64,000 nt of DNA from an uncultured Alphaproteobacteria bacterium (GTDB taxonomy: Bacteria > Pseudomonadota > Alphaproteobacteria > SMXQ01). Positions 49,669 to 59,845 of the stretch are shown here, in pieces; position 1 is the first letter of the stretch, and the number at the start of each line of letters is the position of its first letter. The stretch lies in the NCBI GenBank assembly GCA_963732875.1, contig CAVTBD010000002.1, positions 482,678 through 546,677 of the forward strand. The letters run 5' to 3'. Made by a program: the position numbers and the translations under genes. The notes beneath the pieces were generated by a model. It ran no database searches, had not been told where the DNA came from, and saw only the letters and a list, made by a program, of their open reading frames with translations.

Positions 49669-49758
49669 TTAGAACCGCTCCGGATGGAGCAGCGCGTAGA
49701 CGAGATAGGCGAGAAGCAGCAGGGCGACGACGCCCCCGACCAGGAATTCAAGCGGCAT
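49669..49758 (-). CDS. kdpF: K+-transporting ATPase subunit F
   Basis: MPLEFLVGGVVALLLLAYLVYALLHPERF resembles E. coli KdpF (…LLLGYLVYALINAEAF); lies immediately upstream of kdpB. Confidence 0.6.
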   Translation of the reverse strand: MPLEFLVGGVVALLLLAYLVYALLHPERF

Positions 49759-50050
49759 GGTTTTCCTCCCGTCGCCGTGCGAACGCGACAAATCTAGGTC
49801 CGCACAGAGTTCAAGGCGCCATGGCAATTCGGAGGGGCGACCGACAAATCCGCGTCAAACTTTTATGGCGCCTTTACGCCCTCCGAGGCTCCCTCGCCGG
49901 AGCCGGCGAGCCCCATCCACTACCCTGTTAGCGTATCGCTCCCGCTGGACCGGAACCCGGGAATCGGCCACCATCCGTTCCGGCACCGCGACGCGGGCCC
50001 AATAAGCACGTCCGTAACGGACTTTCCCGACGGGAACACAGGGGGCTGAC

Positions 50051-50800
50051 ATGGCACAGCAGGGACGCGGATTGGGCGCACGGGTCGCGCTGATCGGATT
50101 CATCCTCGGGATCGCGGCGGCGGGCGCCGCCATCCTGATCGGGGTTGCCAACCGGTTCGAGATCATCACCTACCGCGACGGCTTCCACATGCTGCCGTGG
50201 ATCGTCTACGGCGGCATCGCCGCGGCGGCGGTTTCGCTGCTCGGCGCGGCGACCACCTGGAAATCGGCGCGCGGCTTCATGGTGCTGGCGCTCGTCGGCC
50301 TCGTGCTGGGCGGGCTCACCGCCTGGATCCCCTATCACACGCGCCAGGCACTGCGCGCCGCGCCGAAACTGAACGACGTCACCACCGACACCGAGCACCC
50401 GCCCGCCTTCGTCGCCGCGCTCGCGCAGCGCAAGGAGTCGCACGCTACCAACTCGCCCGACTACAACGCGAAGAACGCGGCGGTCCAGCGCAAGTACTAT
50501 CCCGACATCAAGCCGGTGATGATGCACGTGCCGCCCGAGGAGGCGTTCGCGCGGGCGCGCGCGGCGATCAAGGCGCTGCGCTGGAAGCTGATCGCCGCCG
50601 ACAAGGCGGCCGGCCGGATCGAGGCCTACGACACCACCTTCTGGTTCGGATTCAAGGACGACGTGGTGATCCGGGTGGCGCCGGCGCCGGGCGGCAGCCG
50701 CGTCGATATCCGCTCGGAATCACGGGTCGGCGGGCGCGAGGCCGGCACCAACGCACAGCGTGTGCGGCGCCTGTCCAAGCTGCTGCAGGGACGGTCGTAG
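50051..50800 (+). CDS. DUF1499-family membrane-anchored protein
   Basis: N-terminal TM helices then a DUF1499-like soluble domain (KWKLIAADKAAGRIEAYDTTFWFGFKDDVVIRV). Confidence 0.6.
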   Translation: MAQQGRGLGARVALIGFILGIAAAGAAILIGVANRFEIITYRDGFHMLPWIVYGGIAAAAVSLLGAATTWKSARGFMVLALVGLVLGGLTAWIPYHTRQALRAAPKLNDVTTDTEHPPAFVAALAQRKESHATNSPDYNAKNAAVQRKYYPDIKPVMMHVPPEEAFARARAAIKALRWKLIAADKAAGRIEAYDTTFWFGFKDDVVIRVAPAPGGSRVDIRSESRVGGREAGTNAQRVRRLSKLLQGRS

Positions 50801-50814
50801 GAAACCCCATATTC

Positions 50815-50977
50815 GTCATTCCGGCCCCCCCCGGGCCCGGCCAGAGGCCGGTCCGAGGACAGGCTCCACGAAGCGGAGAGCCGGAATCCAGCAGTGACCA
50901 TCAGTATGGATTCCCGCGTGCGCCTAATGGCGCACATTCAGCGAGAATCGGGCGTTCGTCCGCGGCGCGGGAATGAC
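50815..50977. repeat. Two adjacent REP-like palindromic elements
   Basis: GTCATTCCGGC...GCCGGAATCC (50816-50889) and GGATTCCCGCG...CGCGGGAATGACG (50908-50977). Confidence 0.65.
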
Positions 50978-50996
50978 GATCTCAAGATTGAATACG

Positions 50997-51557
50997 CTAC
51001 CTAGCCCACGGCGGGTCGGCGGGCTCCAACTCCAGCACCGGACGCCGGCCGTCGCGGCGCTGGTGGATCAGGCGGTGCAGGTCGAGGTCGATCTCGCTCA
51101 CCCCCGCCTGCCCCAGCATGGCGTGGACCTGGCCGCGGTGATGGCTCTGGTGGTTGAAGAGGTGCATCACCAGCAGGTCGGCATTGTCCTGGCGGTACTG
51201 GCCCAGGTGGTCCTTGTACTGGAAGCGCGAGGCCAGAAACGAGATGTGCAGGCTCTCGGTGAACTCCTCGATGCGCGCGTCCTCGGCCACCCGTGCTTCG
51301 CGCAGGGCCTCGAACTCGGGATAGAGGATGGTGTCGAACGGCACCGCCTCGCGCTCGGTGCGCGTGAAGCGGTCGAGCCAGACGCGGTCCACCACCAGGA
51401 TATGGTTGAGCGTGCCGACGATCGAGCCGTGGAAGGTGAGCCGCGGCGCGGCCAGCTCCGCGTGGGACAGGGTCGCGCAGGCGTCGTACAGCATCTCGTT
51501 GGCGAGACGGTTGTAGAGGCTCAGGGTCTCCATAGCGGAGAGCAGTGAAGCGGACAT
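50997..51557 (-). CDS. DinB-family (DinB_2) metal-dependent hydrolase-like protein
   Basis: 186 aa from MSASLLS; conserved His positions of the DinB/YfiT four-helix bundle (HILVVDRVW, MHLFNHQSHHRGQ). Confidence 0.7.
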   Translation of the reverse strand: MSASLLSAMETLSLYNRLANEMLYDACATLSHAELAAPRLTFHGSIVGTLNHILVVDRVWLDRFTRTEREAVPFDTILYPEFEALREARVAEDARIEEFTESLHISFLASRFQYKDHLGQYRQDNADLLVMHLFNHQSHHRGQVHAMLGQAGVSEIDLDLHRLIHQRRDGRRPVLELEPADPPWAR

Positions 51558-51827
51558 ATGCGCCTCCTTTCGGACGGCGCCGGCGCCGCTGTTGCGTACG
51601 CCGGGGCCGGGTGAAGGAACCGGCGGGGGCCGTCTGCCGCGCAGACCGGGGCGGCGACTGGCCCTCCCGGCATACATAGTTCATCACGGCGCGGTTAACG
51701 GACCGTTTCGAATTTTGGTGAAAATTTCCTAAAAATGGGTCGGGAACCCTTGGATTTCAGCCATTTTCAACGGCTTGGGTCGTCATGAAACCAGATCGCA
51801 AGCGGCGACCCGCCCCGCTTCAGCGAG

Positions 51828-52250
51828 CTAAAACTTCTGCTGCCGGGCTTCGGGCGTCCAGCGCCGACATTGGTACCGATTGGTTGTCGTCGCCGCTCCC
51901 CTGGTCGACTGGAAGTGTATCTCGACCGTCAGCGTTCCCGAATAACGGCCCAGCGTCAGATAGCTGGGGCCGGCAGCCATTTGTTCCGTCCACATGATTT
52001 CCTTGTCGGTGACCTGCGCGGGAAAAGTGCGGTCGGCCATAGGCGTTCCATTGAAGGTATAGGGTGCGCCATCGTCATTGACCGAATAGTTTCTGACGGT
52101 TCTTGCGGCGTAGTCGAGATCGAGAAGATTATGCAGTCCGGGAATGGACCCACCGCTGTTGCATTCCAGCGTCACCGAAACGCCGGCACGCGCAGTCGTT
52201 ACGATAAGTGTCGTCGCGATCACCGCCAAAAAGAAACCGGAACGTTTCAT
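51828..52250 (-). CDS. Secreted hypothetical protein (signal peptide, 140 aa)
   Basis: MKRSGFFLAVIATTLIVTTARA signal peptide; no recognisable domain; local GC is lower than the surrounding genes. Confidence 0.55.
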   Translation of the reverse strand: MKRSGFFLAVIATTLIVTTARAGVSVTLECNSGGSIPGLHNLLDLDYAARTVRNYSVNDDGAPYTFNGTPMADRTFPAQVTDKEIMWTEQMAAGPSYLTLGRYSGTLTVEIHFQSTRGAATTTNRYQCRRWTPEARQQKF

Positions 52251-52301
52251 CCCATGTCCTCCCCCATCGCCTGAACAGGATCGCCGAACCCGGAAATCGG
52301 T

Positions 52302-52745
52302 TCAGCGACAGTATCCGACCTTTGCGTTGGGCGGATAGTGACAGGTGCAGCCCGAACAAGGATTCTTGGCGTCGCACAACGCATCCTGCAGACATCCCGG
52401 GACCTGCGCCTGCACGACCGCTGGTCGGACCACCGACAGGGCGATGCCAAGGACGGCACCGCAGGCCATGGTGCGAAGGGCCTCCCGCCGACCCATCTGC
52501 GGGTCGTCCCGATGCCTGGCCAGGACCGCGCTGGCGGCCCGCGCCGAGAACAGGGTCATGTGCGAGAGCCACAGCAGCGCGCAACCTCCTGCCCCTGCCA
52601 TGGCAACCAGCCATGACGGCGAGCCCGGCCAGAACCATCTGAGGCCAAGAGCGAGGACGGACAGAACGATCATTGCCGTGAACGACTGACGAAAACAGCG
52701 CGGACAACGGCCAAGTGCGGCCTTGAACGACTTGAGTTCAACCAT
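52302..52745 (-). CDS. Small membrane protein with an N-terminal CPRCFRQSF motif and a Cys-rich C-terminal tail
   Basis: 147 aa; ALGRCPRCFRQSF, two TM helices, LWLSHMTLFSARA, C-terminus CLQDALCDAKNPCSGCTCHYPPNAKVGYC. Confidence 0.55.
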   Translation of the reverse strand: MVELKSFKAALGRCPRCFRQSFTAMIVLSVLALGLRWFWPGSPSWLVAMAGAGGCALLWLSHMTLFSARAASAVLARHRDDPQMGRREALRTMACGAVLGIALSVVRPAVVQAQVPGCLQDALCDAKNPCSGCTCHYPPNAKVGYCR

Positions 52746-52794
52746 GGGACCCTCGTCAGGTTTCAGTATCCTCGAATACCATCGAGCCGACGGA

Positions 52795-53292
52795 TTACCA
52801 GCACCGCCAGTCGGAAGGGGTTTGACCCTGCGAGTTGCAACCCGCGACGCAGTTCTGATAGAGGGTGCTGCATTTCCCGCCGCTGGTTCCGCAGTCTTTC
52901 AATTTCCTGGCACAGCAGGTCAGGCACTGCGACATGCGATCCTGGGCGAACGCGGTTCGCATCGGCACGGCGGTCGCAACCGCTACCAGCACGAAGCTTT
53001 TGGCAAACCCCAGAATGAATTGCCGCCGAGCCTTTGACGGACCCGGGTCCTTCATCGCTCTCGCGGTAAACGCCGTCAGATGGGAGAGCCAAAGTCCCGT
53101 CGCACCTGCCGCAATCAGCGTAGTGGCGGCAAGGACGAGCGACATCCCGGTCGTCGCCAACGAAGCGACCAGCACGAGGCCCCACGCGGCAAGCATGAAG
53201 ACGAACGACTGCCGCATGCATCGGGGACAACACCCGAGACTGGCGCCCAACGCGCCGGCAGCTTTCTTGATGAGCGTTTCCATGGGCAGCAC
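52795..53292 (-). CDS. Paralog of the previous gene: membrane protein with CPRCMRQSF motif and a Cys-rich tail
   Basis: 165 aa; SLGCCPRCMRQSF, TM helices, LWLSHLTAFTARA, C-terminus CLTCCARKLKDCGTSGGKCSTLYQNCVAGCNSQGQTPSDWRCW. Confidence 0.55.
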   Translation of the reverse strand: MLPMETLIKKAAGALGASLGCCPRCMRQSFVFMLAAWGLVLVASLATTGMSLVLAATTLIAAGATGLWLSHLTAFTARAMKDPGPSKARRQFILGFAKSFVLVAVATAVPMRTAFAQDRMSQCLTCCARKLKDCGTSGGKCSTLYQNCVAGCNSQGQTPSDWRCW

Positions 53293-53618
53293 CTTTTCAC
53301 TGGCTGGTCAGGTTGGTTCGTTCCGGATTTTCACCCGGCGGTATCCACGACCCCGGGGCCGTATGCGCAGAGGCAACGCCACAAGGTCACATATCAGGTT
53401 ATGCGTTTTGAAAGAGCCGAAGGCGACAAGACTGCCGACGCTAGCACGCATCATTCATCATCGGAAACGCGATAAAGCGAACACGCCCGAGCAGGGATTG
53501 GGCAACCACCCGCCACCGTCTCGGCCCCACCAGGTCGGCGCCCAACCCCCGCTTGCCCGGTACCGGGAAGTTGCATACTCTCGCCCGAAGATCATCCGGA
53601 CATTCGGTGGAACACACC

Positions 53619-54157
53619 ATGCAGAGCCGTAGACGTTGGGGCAGATTGTTTTCGGCGTTGGTGCTCGCGGGTACGTTCCTGCCGGCTTCCGCCGCCATCC
53701 AGGATTCCCCGCTTTTGCCCAGGCGCAGCAGTCCTTTCCCGACGACCATGTCATCGTCGCCGGCGTGCGCGCCGGAAGAGTCGGCCTCGGCATCTCGAGC
53801 GCCGAGCTCTATCAGATCCTCGGGGACCCGAAGCAATCGCGCCGAAGTTCGAACGGAACCGCCGTATATGATTACGACGCTTGGGAGATCGTCACCGACG
53901 ACAACAAGGTCATCGACATAACCGTTATGCTGCCTGCTTTCCGGACGGCTTCCGGGCTCAATGTCGGTTCGTCCGACCTCAAGATACAGGCGTCGATGGG
54001 TCAACCGGCCTGCCTGTTGGCCTGGTCCCCGGATGTGAGCAATTACATGCTGATCTATCCGGGGATATTTTTCGACATCCGGGGCGGTGTGGTTCGTGCC
54101 ATCCGCCTGAGCACCCTCAATCCGCGGCTGATGCGCAGCGGCAAGGCGCACTGCTAG
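53619..54157 (+). CDS. Secreted hypothetical protein, paralog 1, with an apparent 1-nt frameshift after the signal peptide
   Basis: Signal peptide MQSRRRWGRLFSALVLAGTFLPASAA in frame 0, mature domain in ORF 53636-54157; switch at a CCCC run near 53710; homologous to the next gene (VGLGISSAELYQILGDPK vs VSLGMSDRDLFKLGVPN). Confidence 0.55.
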
Positions 54158-54238
54158 TCCCTGAAGGCCGACTTGCCGCCTGCCGGAACCGCTCCGGCGG
54201 CAATATCAGGTTCGAAACCATCCACGCCGGAGATTCCC

Positions 54239-54769
54239 ATGGAACGTCGTCTTTTGCCGAACGGTGCACTAGGCATCTTCTTTGCGTTGCTCCTGTGCAC
54301 GGGAGCACAGGCCGGCACGGTTCAAGGAACGAACGATCACCTGATCGTGCCCGGCCAACGCATAGGCCCCGTCAGTCTTGGAATGTCGGACCGGGATTTG
54401 TTCAAGCTCGGGGTCCCGAACATCACCAAGCCGTTGGGAAAATTGATCGCCTATTTCTACGACGACATGAGAGTTTTCGTCGACGGAAGCAGTCACAAGG
54501 TCATTTACGTCTCGATGTATCGCAACGAGTTGTATCACACCGCCGAGGGCATAGGGCTCGGCGCGTCGTTACGGGACGTCGAATCGAAGCTGGGCCCGCC
54601 GGAATCCGTGAAAGGCAACCCGTTTTTCGGAAATGCGCCAATCGGCGTCAAATACCATTCCGGGAACCTGTATTTTTCCTTCTCCGGCGTGAACGCGAGC
54701 ATGGCCGATCGCCCCAGCGACAGCGTCCAGAAAATCGAGATCCAAATTCCGGGCGCGAGCATGTTCTGA
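54239..54769 (+). CDS. Secreted hypothetical protein, paralog 2
   Basis: MERRLLPNGALGIFFALLLCTGAQA signal peptide; 176 aa; paralogous to 53619-54157. Confidence 0.6.
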   Translation: MERRLLPNGALGIFFALLLCTGAQAGTVQGTNDHLIVPGQRIGPVSLGMSDRDLFKLGVPNITKPLGKLIAYFYDDMRVFVDGSSHKVIYVSMYRNELYHTAEGIGLGASLRDVESKLGPPESVKGNPFFGNAPIGVKYHSGNLYFSFSGVNASMADRPSDSVQKIEIQIPGASMF

Positions 54770-54813
54770 CTCCGGTCGGCGCGTTGTTGCCGTGCCGGGC
54801 GGTCCCATCGAAA

Positions 54814-54852
54814 TAAAAAGGGCGGGCACCCACGGGTCCCCGCCCCTTTTCT
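54814..54852. terminator. Bidirectional rho-independent terminator between convergent genes
   Basis: AAAAAGGGCGGGCACCCACGGGTCCCCGCCCCTTTTCTG. Confidence 0.6.
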
Positions 54853-54865
54853 GTCCTATGCGCGG

Positions 54866-56608
54866 CTAGATGTCGGCGTAGACGTGGCTTTCCGCCGCCG
54901 CGCCGGGATGCGTCACCGCGCCCTTGCTGGCGGGGCCGACGAGCTGGGCGTATTTCCACAGCGCGCCCGAGCGGTAGTTGTTCTGGCGCGGCTTCCACGC
55001 CTTGCGCCGGGACTCGAGCTCGGCGGCCGACAGCTTCACGTCGAGGCGCCCATTGGTGGCGTCGATCTCGATCACGTCGCCGTCCTTGAGCAGCGCGATG
55101 GGACCGCCCACCGCCGCCTCGGGCCCGACGTGGCCGATGCAGAAGCCGCGCGTGCCGCCCGAGAAGCGTCCGTCGGTGATCAGCGCGACCTTGTCGCCCA
55201 TGCCGCGGCCGTAGAGCGCCGCGGTGGTGGACAGCATCTCGCGCATGCCGGGGCCGCCCTTGGGCCCTTCGTAGCGGATCACGATCACGTCGCCGTCGTT
55301 GATGGCGCCGGTCACGACCGCGTTGAAGGCATCATCCTCGCAGTCGAAGCAGCGCGCGGTGCCGGTGAAAGTGAGCGATCCCTTCATGCCCGCCACCTTG
55401 ACGATGGCGCCGTCGGGCGCGAGCGAGCCCTTGAGGCCGACCACGCCGCCGGTCGGCGTGATCGGGCTGGTGGCCGGGCGCACCACGTCCTGGTCCTTGG
55501 GGAACACCACGTCCTTGTGGTTCTCGGCCAGCGTCTTGCCGGTCACGGTCAGGCACGAGCCGTCGAGGATGCCGGCGTCGAGCAGCGTCTTGATGACGAC
55601 CGGCACGCCGCCCACCTCGAACAGGTCCTTGGCGACGTATTTTCCGCCCGGCTTCAGGTCGGCGATGTAGGGCGTGCTCTTGAAGATGCGGCACACGTCG
55701 TCGAGGTCGAATTCGATGCCCGCCTCGTGGGCGATGGCCGGCAGGTGCAGCCCCGCATTGGTCGAGCCGCCGGTCGCCGCGACCACCTTGGCCGCGTTCT
55801 CGAGCGCGGCGCGGGTCACGATGTCGCGCGGGCGCAGGCCGATCTCCAGGAGATTCATCACCGCGCGGCCCGAAGCCTCGGCATAGGCGTCGCGGCTCTC
55901 GTAGGGCGCGGGCGCACCGGCCGAGCCCGGCAGCGCGAGGCCGATGGCTTCCGACACGCAGGCCATGGTGTTGGCGGTGAACTGGCCGCCGCACGATCCC
56001 GCCGACGGACAGGCGACGCATTCGAGCTCGTGCAGGTCCTCGTCGGACATGTTGCCGGCGGCGTGCTGGCCGACGCCCTCGAACACGTCCACCACGGTCA
56101 CGTCCCGGCCCTTGAACCGGCCCGGCAGGATGGTGCCGCCGTACATGAACACGCTCGGCACGTTGAGGCGCAGCATCACCATCATCATGCCCGGCAGCGA
56201 CTTGTCGCAGCCGGCGAGGCCGACCATGGCGTCGTAGCAGTGGCCGCGCATGGTGAGCTCGACCGAATCGGCGATCACGTCGCGCGACACCAGCGACGAC
56301 TTCATGCCCTCGTGGCCCATGGCGATGCCGTCGGTCACGGTAATGGTGGTGAACTCGCGCGGCGTGCCGCCGGTCTCGTTGACGCCCTTCTTGACCGCCT
56401 GGGCCTGGCGCGACAGCGAGATGTTGCAGGGCGCGGCCTCGTTCCAGCAGGTCGCGACGCCGATGAAGGGCTGGTGGATCTGCGCCTCGGTCAGCCCCAT
56501 GGCGTAGTAGTAGGAACGGTGCGGCGCGTGCTCCGGCCCCTCGGTGGTGTGGCGGGAAGGCAGCTTCGCCTTGTCGAAATGGCGCTTCTTGCCGGCGTCG
56601 TCGGGCAT
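54866..56608 (-). CDS. ilvD: Dihydroxy-acid dehydratase
   Basis: 580 aa IlvD/EDD family; Fe-S Cys ligands ([16 protein letters not shown]). Confidence 0.95.
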   Translation of the reverse strand: MPDDAGKKRHFDKAKLPSRHTTEGPEHAPHRSYYYAMGLTEAQIHQPFIGVATCWNEAAPCNISLSRQAQAVKKGVNETGGTPREFTTITVTDGIAMGHEGMKSSLVSRDVIADSVELTMRGHCYDAMVGLAGCDKSLPGMMMVMLRLNVPSVFMYGGTILPGRFKGRDVTVVDVFEGVGQHAAGNMSDEDLHELECVACPSAGSCGGQFTANTMACVSEAIGLALPGSAGAPAPYESRDAYAEASGRAVMNLLEIGLRPRDIVTRAALENAAKVVAATGGSTNAGLHLPAIAHEAGIEFDLDDVCRIFKSTPYIADLKPGGKYVAKDLFEVGGVPVVIKTLLDAGILDGSCLTVTGKTLAENHKDVVFPKDQDVVRPATSPITPTGGVVGLKGSLAPDGAIVKVAGMKGSLTFTGTARCFDCEDDAFNAVVTGAINDGDVIVIRYEGPKGGPGMREMLSTTAALYGRGMGDKVALITDGRFSGGTRGFCIGHVGPEAAVGGPIALLKDGDVIEIDATNGRLDVKLSAAELESRRKAWKPRQNNYRSGALWKYAQLVGPASKGAVTHPGAAAESHVYADI

Positions 56609-56718
56609 CGGTTCGTCCTCTGGGTATATGCGATTTTGGCGGGAGCATAGCCCCGGCGGGGAGCCAAGGCAAAGGGCTGGTTTCCGAGCTGTTGCAGGTG
56701 GACCGATGAGGGACGTTT

Positions 56719-56790
56719 CGCCACACTACCCTCTCCGCCAGCGGGGCGGAGAGGGAATAAAAGAAAGGGGCCGCGGCGGCGCGCGGCCCC
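56719..56790. terminator. Two tandem hairpins after the molybdopterin-subunit gene (perfect 11-bp stem, then a GC hairpin with T-tract)
   Basis: CCCTCTCCGCCAGCGGGGCGGAGAGGG, then AAAGGGGCCGCGGCGGCGCGCGGCCCCTTCCCC. Confidence 0.45.
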
Positions 56791-56813
56791 TTCCCCATCC
56801 GGGTCGCGGGAGG

Positions 56814-58991
56814 TTACGCCTTCAGCGCCGCGAGCACGCGCTCCTCGGTGAACGGCATGTGGGTGAGCCGCTTGCCGGTGAGCCGGTAGAACGCGTGGGC
56901 GATGGCGGCGGGCATCGGCGGGTTGCCGAGCTCGCCGAGGCCGGTGGGCTTGCCCTTCGTGGGCTCGACGAAGTCGACATGCAGCTCCTCGGGCGCGTCC
57001 TTCATGCGCATCACGAAGTAGTCGTTGAAGTTCGACTGCTCGACGATGCCGCCCTTCACGGTGACGCGCTCGAACAGCACGCTCGAGAGCCCGTACATGA
57101 TGCCGCTCTCGATGTTGGCGCGCGCCGCTTCCGGCTGCACCACGGTGCCGCCGTCGGCCGCGAGCCATACCTTGTGGACGCGGATCTTGCCGGTCGAACG
57201 ATCCAGCGAGATTTCCACCACCGCGGCGCCGAGGGAGCCCGAGCGCTCGGTGATCGAGATGCCGACCGCGCGGCCCTCTGGCCGCTTGGCGTGCCAGTCG
57301 GACATCTCGGCGACCTTCTCGAACACGGCGCGGCCCTTCTTGTCGATCGCCATGTTCCTGATGCGGAACTCGATCGGGTCCATGCCCGCCGCCTCCGCCA
57401 TGCGGTTGACCGCATCCTCGATGGCGAACACGTTGAAGACATGGGCGACCGCGCGCCAGTGCTTGAGGCGGATGCCGTGGGACGTGCCCTTGAGCGCCTG
57501 GTACTGGTTGGGCACGCCGTAGTACTTGATCTTCATGCCGCCGGTGATCAGGCTCTTGCCGTCGCCGACGATCTCGTGCTTCCAGCCCGCGACCTTGCCC
57601 GACGAATCGAGCGCGGCCTCGATCACCTGCAGGTTCTGCGGGCGGAACATGCCGTAGCCGACGTCCTCCTCGCGGGTCCACAGCATCTTGACCGGCCTGT
57701 TCGCGGCGCGCGCCACCAGCGCGGCCTCGACCGCGTAGTCGCCGAGCGAGCGCCGCCCGAAGGCGCCGCCCATGTAGCGCTGGTGCATGGTGACCTGATC
57801 GAGCTTGAAGCCGAGCGCGTCGGCCACCATCTCGCGCGTCCGGTCAGGCGACTGGGAGCCGTCCCACACCTCGACGTGGTCGCCCGCCGCGTTGAAGCGC
57901 GCGGTAGCGTTCAAGGGCTCCATCTGGGCGTGGTAGCCGTAGTCGGCGCGGTACTCGGCCTTGAACGTTTTGGCCGCGCCGGCAAAGGCCGACTTTACGT
58001 CGCCCTTGGCGGCGATCTTCTTCGACTTCACCTTGGGATCGGCCACCACCTTGGGATAGGCGTTCTCGAGCGTCGGCACCGAATCGTAGCCCGCCGCCTT
58101 GGGCGTGGTCCACTTGACCTCGAGCGCCGTGCGCGCACGCATCACGTCGACGAAGTTGTCGGCGATCACGGCGACACCGGTGGGCAGCTTGGCGGTTGCA
58201 ATCACGCCCTTCATGCCCTTGATCTTGTCCGCGTTCCAGCTCTCGGGCTTGCCGTTCTGGACCGGCGAATGCACCACCGAGGCGTAGACCATGCCCGGCA
58301 GTTGCACGTCGATGGCGAACCCGGCGGTGCCGTCGACCTTGGCCGGGATGTCGCGGCGCGGCTGCGACTTGCCGATCAGCCGGTAGCTCTTCGGGTCCTT
58401 GAGATCGGCCTTGGTGATCCGCGGCATCTTGGCCGGCGGCGCGGCGAAGGCCGCGATCTCGCCGTAGGTGAAGCGCTTGCCGGAGGCCGCGTGAACCACG
58501 GCGCTGGGCTCGGTCGTGAGCTCGGACGCCGGCACCTTCCACTTCGCGGCGGCGGCCTCGATCAGCACCTTGCGCACCTGGGCGCCGGCGACGCGCATGT
58601 CGTTGAAGTACATCTGCACGGCGCGCGAGCCCACGATCGCCATCGAGCGGTTGCCGCGCACGTGGTAGCCGTACACGTCGACGTCGGCGGGCGCCCATTC
58701 GAGCTTCACCTTGCCCCAGTCGGCGTCCATTTCCTCGGCCAGCGCGATCGGCACGCCGGTCATGGAGCCCTGCCCCATCTCGGCGCCGGGCGTGAGGATG
58801 GTGATGGTGTCGTCGGGCGCGATGGAGACCCAGGCGGAAATCTTCTTCGCGGTGCTCATGTCGGCGGCGAAGGCGGGCGCGATCAGGCGCGCGCGCGATC
58901 CCGTCACGGCGACGGCGAAGGTGAGGCCGCCCGCTCCGGCGAGGAAGCTGCGGCGGGAAAGATCGGGTCCGATCCTGCGAATGGCGGTCAT
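56814..58991 (-). CDS. Xanthine-dehydrogenase-family molybdopterin-binding subunit (IorB / aldehyde-oxidase-like), Tat-exported
   Basis: Twin-arginine signal RRSFLAGAGGLTFAVAV; 725 aa with MoCo-binding domains. Confidence 0.85.
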   Translation of the reverse strand: MTAIRRIGPDLSRRSFLAGAGGLTFAVAVTGSRARLIAPAFAADMSTAKKISAWVSIAPDDTITILTPGAEMGQGSMTGVPIALAEEMDADWGKVKLEWAPADVDVYGYHVRGNRSMAIVGSRAVQMYFNDMRVAGAQVRKVLIEAAAAKWKVPASELTTEPSAVVHAASGKRFTYGEIAAFAAPPAKMPRITKADLKDPKSYRLIGKSQPRRDIPAKVDGTAGFAIDVQLPGMVYASVVHSPVQNGKPESWNADKIKGMKGVIATAKLPTGVAVIADNFVDVMRARTALEVKWTTPKAAGYDSVPTLENAYPKVVADPKVKSKKIAAKGDVKSAFAGAAKTFKAEYRADYGYHAQMEPLNATARFNAAGDHVEVWDGSQSPDRTREMVADALGFKLDQVTMHQRYMGGAFGRRSLGDYAVEAALVARAANRPVKMLWTREEDVGYGMFRPQNLQVIEAALDSSGKVAGWKHEIVGDGKSLITGGMKIKYYGVPNQYQALKGTSHGIRLKHWRAVAHVFNVFAIEDAVNRMAEAAGMDPIEFRIRNMAIDKKGRAVFEKVAEMSDWHAKRPEGRAVGISITERSGSLGAAVVEISLDRSTGKIRVHKVWLAADGGTVVQPEAARANIESGIMYGLSSVLFERVTVKGGIVEQSNFNDYFVMRMKDAPEELHVDFVEPTKGKPTGLGELGNPPMPAAIAHAFYRLTGKRLTHMPFTEERVLAALKA

Positions 58992-58994
58992 GGC

Positions 58995-59447
58995 TTAGCC
59001 CTCCCTCGATGCGCGCTGGATCGCGGAGATGATCCTGGTGTAGGTGCCGCAGCGGCAGATGTTGCCGTTCATGTGGGCGACGATCTGGTCGCGGCTCGGT
59101 TTCGGGTTGGCGGCCAGCAGCTCGGCCGCCTTCATGATCTGTCCCGACTGGCAGTAGCCGCATTGCGGCACCTGCTCGGCGACCCAGGCCGCCTGCAGCG
59201 GATGCGCCGCCTTGGGCGCGAGCCCTTCGATGGTGACAACGCTGGCGCCCTCGACCATGCTGGCCTCGGTCTGGCACGACTTCACCGCCTTGCCGTTGAG
59301 GTGCACGGTGCAGGCGCCGCACAGGCCGGCGCCGCAGCCGTACTTGGTGCCGGTCAGCTTGACCTGTTCGCGGATGATCCAGAGAAGCGGCGTGTTCTCG
59401 TCGGCCTCGACCGAGACCGGCTTGCCGTTGAGGGTGAATGCGACCAT
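58995..59447 (-). CDS. (2Fe-2S)-binding subunit of the same oxidoreductase (IorA-like)
   Basis: CGAGLCGAC and CGYCQSG...CRCGTY cluster motifs; 150 aa. Confidence 0.9.
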   Translation of the reverse strand: MVAFTLNGKPVSVEADENTPLLWIIREQVKLTGTKYGCGAGLCGACTVHLNGKAVKSCQTEASMVEGASVVTIEGLAPKAAHPLQAAWVAEQVPQCGYCQSGQIMKAAELLAANPKPSRDQIVAHMNGNICRCGTYTRIISAIQRASREG

Positions 59448-59845
59448 TGGGTGCCCCCGTATCGGTTGTCTGCGGACGGGCGCGTCCGCGCGCTGCCAGG
59501 GCGGACCGGAGGGCCGTTGCGGGGGCGCGGCAGATGCCGCAATACGGGAACCCGTCGGTTCCCGTGGACAGTTACTGCCTCCCGGAACGTGCCGGACCCG
59601 GTTTCCCCGAGGTATTGGTATTATGGTACGACGCTACTCCCGGCCTCCGCCGCCTGTCACGCGGATTCGCCGGTTCACACAGCCTGTTCACGGAGATGTG
59701 CACCTCGGCATAAAGTGCCATGCGGACGCTTCCTGACCGGTCCGGTGAACGCGGCCGAAAACAAATATCCCTACCGCTGGTTTTGGAGCGCCTGTTAAAC
59801 TCACGTCGCCCCCGTGAGGGGCGCGTCTGCATCGGGGGGAAATGC

